Shown one piece after another: positions 26,256 to 32,000 of a DNA stretch of 32,000 bases. Under the pieces are notes generated by a model, which was not told the origin of the DNA, made no database searches, and saw only the letters and a program-made list of their open reading frames with translations. The stretch spans positions 540,001 through 572,000 of the forward strand of contig JAIZWK010000001.1 in NCBI GenBank assembly GCA_021498095.1. The letters are read 5' to 3'. The stretch is from Candidatus Harpocratesius repetitus (lineage in GTDB: Archaea > Asgardarchaeota > Lokiarchaeia > Sigyniarchaeales > Promethearchaeaceae). Positions within the stretch are counted from its first letter, which is position 1; every line of letters begins with the position of its first letter. Position numbers and translations under genes: made by a program.

Positions 26256-29000
26256 TTAGATAAATTTATTTAACCGTTCCAATATTTGGCTATAGAGTTC
26301 AACAGTTTTTTCGATGTCTCCTTGATCCAAGGTATTCTGAGCTTCTCTTGAGAGATTATCTACAAGAATCTTCAAATTTTCGAATTGAGTCATTTCAATC
26401 ATTTGATATTCATGTAATATTTCATTTTCTTGCGGGATTTCTTTAAACGCCCATTTAATCAATGCACCAACTTGTTGTTCATTTTGAGCTTCAGGAAGAA
26501 TGTTTTTTGGTAATTTTATTTGATAATGATAAAAAGTAGGGATAATATCTTCAATTATTACACCTAAAATTGCTTGTGGAAATTTATTTTTGAAATACAT
26601 TGTTGCTTTGAACAACCCCTCATGGGAATAGGTTTTAATTCTTGTATGGGTTTTAATAACCTTTAGTTGATTCTTTAATGGAACTAAAACAGTTCGCGAT
26701 ACACGTTGCCGTAATTCATAATTTATTGTAATTGATTTTTTTACAGGGATATCATTTAATTTCCAATGAAGAACCAATCCTTCTTTCTGTAATTCTTCAC
26801 TTGGTTGAATTTTCTTTTCGATTCCATCTATTGTTATATCTGAAATTTCAAAATTATAAGGAATAATGTCTTCAATAATAGCTTCGGCAATAGCATCGTT
26901 AAATGGATTTTCAAAACCAGAATTCACCCTAAATGGAGAAATTTTTGAAGTTTCTTCAGAATTTTTATTTAAATCTGGAGAATACATAGATATTTGTGAT
27001 TTTGATTTAATTTCCATTGTTTCACCTGATTTACTTGTAAGTAATAAAGAACTTTCCATTTCTTTCTTAACATCTACACGTTGTTCATCTAATAACGCGC
27101 CTATTTGAGCAAAAGCTTCATTTATATCATCTGATAAGTTCGGTAAAATATCTTCTAAAGATAAATCTTCAACTAAAGGAAGGACATTTTTCTCTACCTT
27201 GATTATTTCTTCAACTTCTTTGGCTTTTTCAAGTAATTTTGTCTGTTCTTTGTTATGTTGACTCAAAATCTCCTCTATTTTCGTCAAAGCAAGTTTTTGG
27301 AGATCATTATATTTATATATCTCGCCATCTTTTTCAATTAAAGGAAGAATCTCTATAATACGCTCCGTATTTCGTTTCAATGCCTGCCATTGAAGATTAT
27401 TCTTATTTTCTTTAATTTCACTGCGAAGCCGATTATATAAAGATAAGTTTTCTTCATAAGCTGCCTTTTTTTTCTCTATTGATCTTTTTATTTTCTCTAA
27501 ATGTTCTTTATTTTCAGGAGAATTAGATAGAATTTCGTTAGAAAGAAAAATAGCAAGATCACTAAGAATTTTATTATATTGCTTTTGGTTTTCCAGTTCA
27601 GGAAGGATTTCTTCCCAAGAATTAATCTTTTTAACCAAATCTTCCAAGAGCTTAAGATTAGTTACTCTTTCATTGATTTGATCTCGATAATCCGATACAT
27701 CCTTTTGTAATTCTTCGTCTTTTGTTTGTAGCGCAAATAAATAAAGTTTTTCCACATGGCTAAAAGTTTCTGGAAACTGATGATTACTCAAAAATTGTTC
27801 TATTTCTTCTTTTGCATTTTGTATATATTCTATATTTTTATTTCTTTTTGATTGTGTCTCTTTTTCCTGTTTAGTCCATGCATCTTTTAATTCTTGTAAT
27901 GTCTCTTTTTCCTGTTTCCATCTGATTAATTCAGAAGAATGATTGGATGAATTAAGAAAATCGATTATTTGATTAAGAGTTTGAAATGCATGCTCATATT
28001 CATGCTTATATTTTGCATCTTCATAGCGTTCTTTAAACATTTTTAATTTTTGATTAAATTTCTGCTCCTCTTTTTCCCATAGTTTATAATCATCCTCAAT
28101 TTTATCAATTTTTTCTTTGATTAAAGAATTAATTTCTAATTCAGGAATTTCTTCATGAATTCGTAATATTTTCTGACCAATTCGATGAAGATCCTTTAGA
28201 TTTCTTTCAGGAAAAAGTGCTTCAAACTGTTCTAAGAGTTCTTGAAAATCTTTTTTTTGTCGTAAGTAATTATCATAAAGTATTTTTTCAGAATTTAATG
28301 AACGTTGGAATTTTGAAGGTATTGATTCATTGAAGAGAATGGAATAATATTCGCGAATCACCTCAGAAGTATTATGAGCATCGATAAATTTTTTATCCTT
28401 AATTAGAGAGTCAAGCTTTGCAATCATATGGGGAATTTGGCCCTTAATCTCAGATTTTCTTGATTTCAAATCTTTTACACGAAGAATTTGTTCTTTTAAT
28501 TTAGTGTATTCTTCAATAATATCCCAATCATAAATTTCGCGGGCAGTTTGAATAAGTTGTTCGATGTAATTTAATGCAGTTTCGAAATTACCTACATTTT
28601 TGGCTGATGTAATGTTAATCTTTAAATCACTCAGAAAAGCATATTTCTCAAGACGGAATTCAGCCCACCTTCTTTGTTTTTTTCTAATCAAATCTTGATC
28701 AAGTAGTGTATCTGCCCAAAAATCACTTGATTCATTCCCTTCATCCACTGTAAAATGACGAATTATCGATATGTCTGGGTTCTTTTCCAATATTATTTTT
28801 TCTGCTATCGGAATTGAATTTTTTAATTTTTGTCCTGCATTCTTTCCTATCCAAATATAAAGTCGCCTTTTTTCATTATGGTATAAATAAATTACATTAA
28901 CAGAAATTAGTTTCGATGGGAGATCATCTAAATCCAATTCTTCAATTTGTCCATCAGGTTTGAGAATATACAAAAGAAGATTTTTTGATTTACTATTCAT
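26256..29000 (-). CDS. Gelsolin-like domain, helical-hairpin/coiled-coil repeats, two cytosolic Ig-like domains, terminal helical hairpin
   Basis: N-terminal LISVNVIYLY..RLYIWIGKNA...VDEGNESSDFW matches the gelsolin repeat pattern (L.S.DV...YIW.G....EG.E..eF). Two IEDIIP...W..I....Y units lie 107 aa apart. No signal peptide or TM. Confidence 0.75.
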   Translation of the reverse strand: MNSKSKNLLLYILKPDGQIEELDLDDLPSKLISVNVIYLYHNEKRRLYIWIGKNAGQKLKNSIPIAEKIILEKNPDISIIRHFTVDEGNESSDFWADTLLDQDLIRKKQRRWAEFRLEKYAFLSDLKINITSAKNVGNFETALNYIEQLIQTAREIYDWDIIEEYTKLKEQILRVKDLKSRKSEIKGQIPHMIAKLDSLIKDKKFIDAHNTSEVIREYYSILFNESIPSKFQRSLNSEKILYDNYLRQKKDFQELLEQFEALFPERNLKDLHRIGQKILRIHEEIPELEINSLIKEKIDKIEDDYKLWEKEEQKFNQKLKMFKERYEDAKYKHEYEHAFQTLNQIIDFLNSSNHSSELIRWKQEKETLQELKDAWTKQEKETQSKRNKNIEYIQNAKEEIEQFLSNHQFPETFSHVEKLYLFALQTKDEELQKDVSDYRDQINERVTNLKLLEDLVKKINSWEEILPELENQKQYNKILSDLAIFLSNEILSNSPENKEHLEKIKRSIEKKKAAYEENLSLYNRLRSEIKENKNNLQWQALKRNTERIIEILPLIEKDGEIYKYNDLQKLALTKIEEILSQHNKEQTKLLEKAKEVEEIIKVEKNVLPLVEDLSLEDILPNLSDDINEAFAQIGALLDEQRVDVKKEMESSLLLTSKSGETMEIKSKSQISMYSPDLNKNSEETSKISPFRVNSGFENPFNDAIAEAIIEDIIPYNFEISDITIDGIEKKIQPSEELQKEGLVLHWKLNDIPVKKSITINYELRQRVSRTVLVPLKNQLKVIKTHTRIKTYSHEGLFKATMYFKNKFPQAILGVIIEDIIPTFYHYQIKLPKNILPEAQNEQQVGALIKWAFKEIPQENEILHEYQMIEMTQFENLKILVDNLSREAQNTLDQGDIEKTVELYSQILERLNKFI

Positions 29001-29122
29001 TTGCAGTCACTAATTTTAAGTAATACGCGCTTTTAGTATTTCAGCTAATAAATTTTTAGCCTACAACCGCTAAATTATTTTAGGATCAATCTCACATTCT
29101 TGTATTACACTTACTTCATCAT

Positions 29123-29127
29123 AGGAG
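29123..29127 (+). promoter_or_regulatory. Shine-Dalgarno AGGAG for smc
   Basis: AGGAG ends 12 nt upstream of the ATG at 29140. Confidence 0.5.
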
Positions 29128-29139
29128 TTCTACATTTCA

Positions 29140-32000
29140 ATGACTTATATTAAACGAGTAGTAATGACGGGTTTCAAATCCTTTGGAAACCGAACAGTAT
29201 CAGTTAATCTTGCCAAAGGTTTTACATGTATTGTCGGACCAAATGGAAATGGTAAGTCCAATGTTATAGATGGGCTTTGTTTTGCTTTAGGGCGTCTGGC
29301 AAAATCGACTATGCGGGCAACAAAACTAACAGACTTAATCTTTGCGGGTTCCAAAAAGGTAAAGCCCGCTACTCGAGCAGAAGTTGAAATAGTATTTGAT
29401 AATAAAGATCGAGTCTTTCCTTCAGATTCTGATGAATTTAAGGTCTCTCGATGGATTAAACGGAGTGGAACTAGTGGCTACCGAATTCAAGGGAAAGCTT
29501 CAACCCGAACAGCTATTCTAAATGCTCTGGCTCAAGCTAATATTGATCCAGATGGTTCAAATCAATTTGTTCTCCAAGGAAAAATTGTAGAACTAACCCA
29601 TATGAGCCCAAATGCGCGTAGAGAATTCATAGAAATGTTAATTGGACTAAGTAAATATGATGAAATGAAAGATAAAACATTAAAAGAGTTAGAAAAAGCA
29701 GATAAAGATTTGGGACAATTTGAAGCAATTTTCAAAGAAGTATCAGTTCAATTAAAAAAAGTGGAAAAGGAAAAAAATGATGCTTTACGATGGAAAGAAC
29801 TTGATAATCAGGTAAATCTTTTCAATGCACAACTGATTGCCTTAAAGATCCATAAAATGCGCCAAGAAGAAGACGATATTGCCACAGAAATGGAATCCAC
29901 TCAGTTGGTGATTGAGGATTTAAAAAATCGAATTCAGCGCCAAAAAGATAAAATTGAGGCAGAAGCACTCTACTTAAAAGGTCTTGAAGAGGATATTTCT
30001 GCACAAGAGACAGAAAAATCCAAAATGGATGAAGAAATCACTTCTCAAAAATCAGAACTTTCAGCTAAAGAAGCAACTTTAAAAGCAACTGAAGAAAATT
30101 TAAAACGGCTTCAGCAAAATATCGAGAAATTAGAAGATCTTCAGCAAAAACTGGAAGAAGGTCAAACTTATGATGATTTAATTAACAAAACAAAAGAAGA
30201 AATTGAAAATCTTCAGCAAGCTTTAGATGAAAATTCAGGATTAATTGATGAAAATAAAGCGAAACAGAAAGAAGAAGAACAAATAATTGCACAAATAAAT
30301 AATGAAAAAGCCCAAATTAATAAAGAAATCTCCAAAATCAAACAGGATGGTAAAGCTTTAACTACTGAAATCAAGCTTTTGGAAAAAACTATTAAAAAGA
30401 ATGAGAAAAAGAGAGCTCAACTAGAAAAAGATTTGAAAAAGTTACAGAAAGACGCAGAAAGTGTAACTGAAGCGATGGAACAAGCAAAAAATGAAGCCAA
30501 ATCCATTCAAGAAAAAATTTCAACATTGAAAAAGCAAATTACTGAGCAAAAATCACTACAAAAACAACTTGATGGAGAAATCCAAAAGCTAGAAGTAAAA
30601 CGTGACAAATTTTCGAAATCACAAGCAGAAATTCAAGCTTCCATCTCTTCTGCAGGTGCAGAAATTAACATGCTTGAAACCCGTATACAAGAACTTGAAA
30701 AGAAGAAAAAAGATTATAGAAACGAGTATGAAAAACTAACAAAAGGCCAAGCAGTTGAAGACCAAATCAAAACTTTAAAAGTCGAAGAAAAAGAAATCTC
30801 ACAACAGTTAAAAAAGCTTAAAGAAAAACTTATTTCCGCAAATGATGAGCAAAAACGAAGTCAAAATAAACAAGAAACCTTGGAATTGAAACGACGAGCA
30901 TTAGAAGGAGAATTGACCGACCTTGAAAAACGTCTTTCTGGATTACGTGTTGAACTAAAAACGGCAGAATCAGAACTTCATACTTCACAACGGGAAAAAC
31001 AACATAAAGATATTATCAAAGAAAATTTAATAAAAGAAATTACAATCCAAAAAGAACAAAAAGAGAAATTGCAAAATCAAGTTGAAAATTTTCAAGCTAA
31101 AATAAACCAAATGAAAAAAGAGCGCGCTAAACTTCAAGAAACAATTGATAAAAAGGAAGAAGAATATGGTCAAACTCAACTTGAATTAAACACAGTACTC
31201 GATAATCTAACGAATTTGATTCAAGATATTGATCGCTCTGCAGGTGATATCAAATCTGATATTCAAAATGTTAGTCAAGTTGCAATTGATGAATCAGGAA
31301 AAGTTTTCAAAGAATTTGTGCTCGATGTCACCGATATGTTGCGATCTATAGAAGAAATATCAGAAATGAATCCTGAAGATCCAAAAGAAATCCAGGAACA
31401 ACTGAATTTTGCAGTAAATACTTTAAAATTATTAATTGAAAATGCAGAACAACCACTAATTCAACTTAATGAAGTCGTTCAAGATGCTAGTGATGAAGCA
31501 TTAAAAGAATCTACTGGTAATTTCGATGGATTTATACAAGATTTTACAGATAAATTCGATTCAATTCGTGTTGCTTTACAAGCTGTCGCAGTAGCAGATA
31601 CATCAGAACATTATCGAGCATTAGAGGATCTGAATTCTGCTATTAGTTCCCAATCTGAAGAGCTCTCGAAAATATCAGTTCAGCTAACTCGAATCACAGC
31701 TCAACTGGAACAAAAAGAACGTGAATTATCACAAATCAATTCGGAATTAAAACAGTTACAAACAAAAATTGATGAAGCAGAGAAGAAATCTAAAATAGGT
31801 AAAAAAGAAAATGAAGAAAAAACCAAAAAATCTGAAGAAATAAAAGAAGAAATCGCAAAAATAACCTCCACAATTTTAGATATAAAAAAATCTTCTGAAA
31901 ATTTTTGGAAACATACAAAATCCCTACAAAATGAAATCGATAAAAAAGCAGAAATTCTTTCACAAATTACTGAAGATCTAAATAAATTGAGCAATGTAAA
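29140..32000 (+). CDS. smc: SMC-family chromosome segregation ATPase (3' partial; absent from the ORF track), atypical long arm with no canonical hinge visible
   Basis: Hand translation gives 953 codons without a stop: MTYIKRVVMTGFKSFG...Walker A IVGPNGNGKSNVIDGLCFALG, R-loop MRATKLTDLIFAG, VFDNKDR, Q-loop FVLQGKI, then coiled coil from about aa 170. Confidence 0.93.
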   Translation, partial: MTYIKRVVMTGFKSFGNRTVSVNLAKGFTCIVGPNGNGKSNVIDGLCFALGRLAKSTMRATKLTDLIFAGSKKVKPATRAEVEIVFDNKDRVFPSDSDEFKVSRWIKRSGTSGYRIQGKASTRTAILNALAQANIDPDGSNQFVLQGKIVELTHMSPNARREFIEMLIGLSKYDEMKDKTLKELEKADKDLGQFEAIFKEVSVQLKKVEKEKNDALRWKELDNQVNLFNAQLIALKIHKMRQEEDDIATEMESTQLVIEDLKNRIQRQKDKIEAEALYLKGLEEDISAQETEKSKMDEEITSQKSELSAKEATLKATEENLKRLQQNIEKLEDLQQKLEEGQTYDDLINKTKEEIENLQQALDENSGLIDENKAKQKEEEQIIAQINNEKAQINKEISKIKQDGKALTTEIKLLEKTIKKNEKKRAQLEKDLKKLQKDAESVTEAMEQAKNEAKSIQEKISTLKKQITEQKSLQKQLDGEIQKLEVKRDKFSKSQAEIQASISSAGAEINMLETRIQELEKKKKDYRNEYEKLTKGQAVEDQIKTLKVEEKEISQQLKKLKEKLISANDEQKRSQNKQETLELKRRALEGELTDLEKRLSGLRVELKTAESELHTSQREKQHKDIIKENLIKEITIQKEQKEKLQNQVENFQAKINQMKKERAKLQETIDKKEEEYGQTQLELNTVLDNLTNLIQDIDRSAGDIKSDIQNVSQVAIDESGKVFKEFVLDVTDMLRSIEEISEMNPEDPKEIQEQLNFAVNTLKLLIENAEQPLIQLNEVVQDASDEALKESTGNFDGFIQDFTDKFDSIRVALQAVAVADTSEHYRALEDLNSAISSQSEELSKISVQLTRITAQLEQKERELSQINSELKQLQTKIDEAEKKSKIGKKENEEKTKKSEEIKEEIAKITSTILDIKKSSENFWKHTKSLQNEIDKKAEILSQITEDLNKLSNV

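Noticed and set aside
29140-32000. Rad50/SbcC assignment for the long ATPase
   Set aside because: The head motifs (GFKSF, DLIFAG, FDNKDR, VLQG) are Smc-type, there is no CxxC hook, and no mre11 gene is upstream.
1-32000. CRISPR arrays, tRNA/rRNA genes, transposases or integrases
   Set aside because: No regularly spaced repeat-spacer units, no GC-rich structured RNA-like segments in the intergenic gaps, and no recombinase motifs were seen.

Overview
AT-rich (roughly 30% GC by eye), gene-dense archaeal DNA, most likely from an Asgard archaeon of the Lokiarchaeia/Promethearchaeota type. That assignment is inferred from longin and gelsolin-like domains, a Gins23-type GINS subunit, an archaeal-type SMC head, oligo-T terminators and TATA boxes about 21-28 nt upstream of start codons. 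About 20 protein genes are present. I saw no rRNA, tRNA, CRISPR array or mobile element. Recognisable genes are the C-terminus of an acyl-CoA dehydratase activase-type protein, an AmmeMemoRadiSam radical SAM enzyme, Gins23, a molybdopterin oxidoreductase, an N6-adenine DNA methyltransferase, a histidine kinase and SMC. The most interesting part is 24.1-32 kb. A longin-TPR-longin gene and a gelsolin/helical-repeat/tandem Ig-like gene are transcribed divergently from a long SMC gene that the ORF track missed because it runs off the window. Across the 953 visible codons this SMC has no canonical hinge and no Rad50 zinc hook. Instead it has an internally duplicated (72-aa period) helical insert after an unusually long coiled-coil arm. 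All family assignments come from motif recognition by eye, without database searches.
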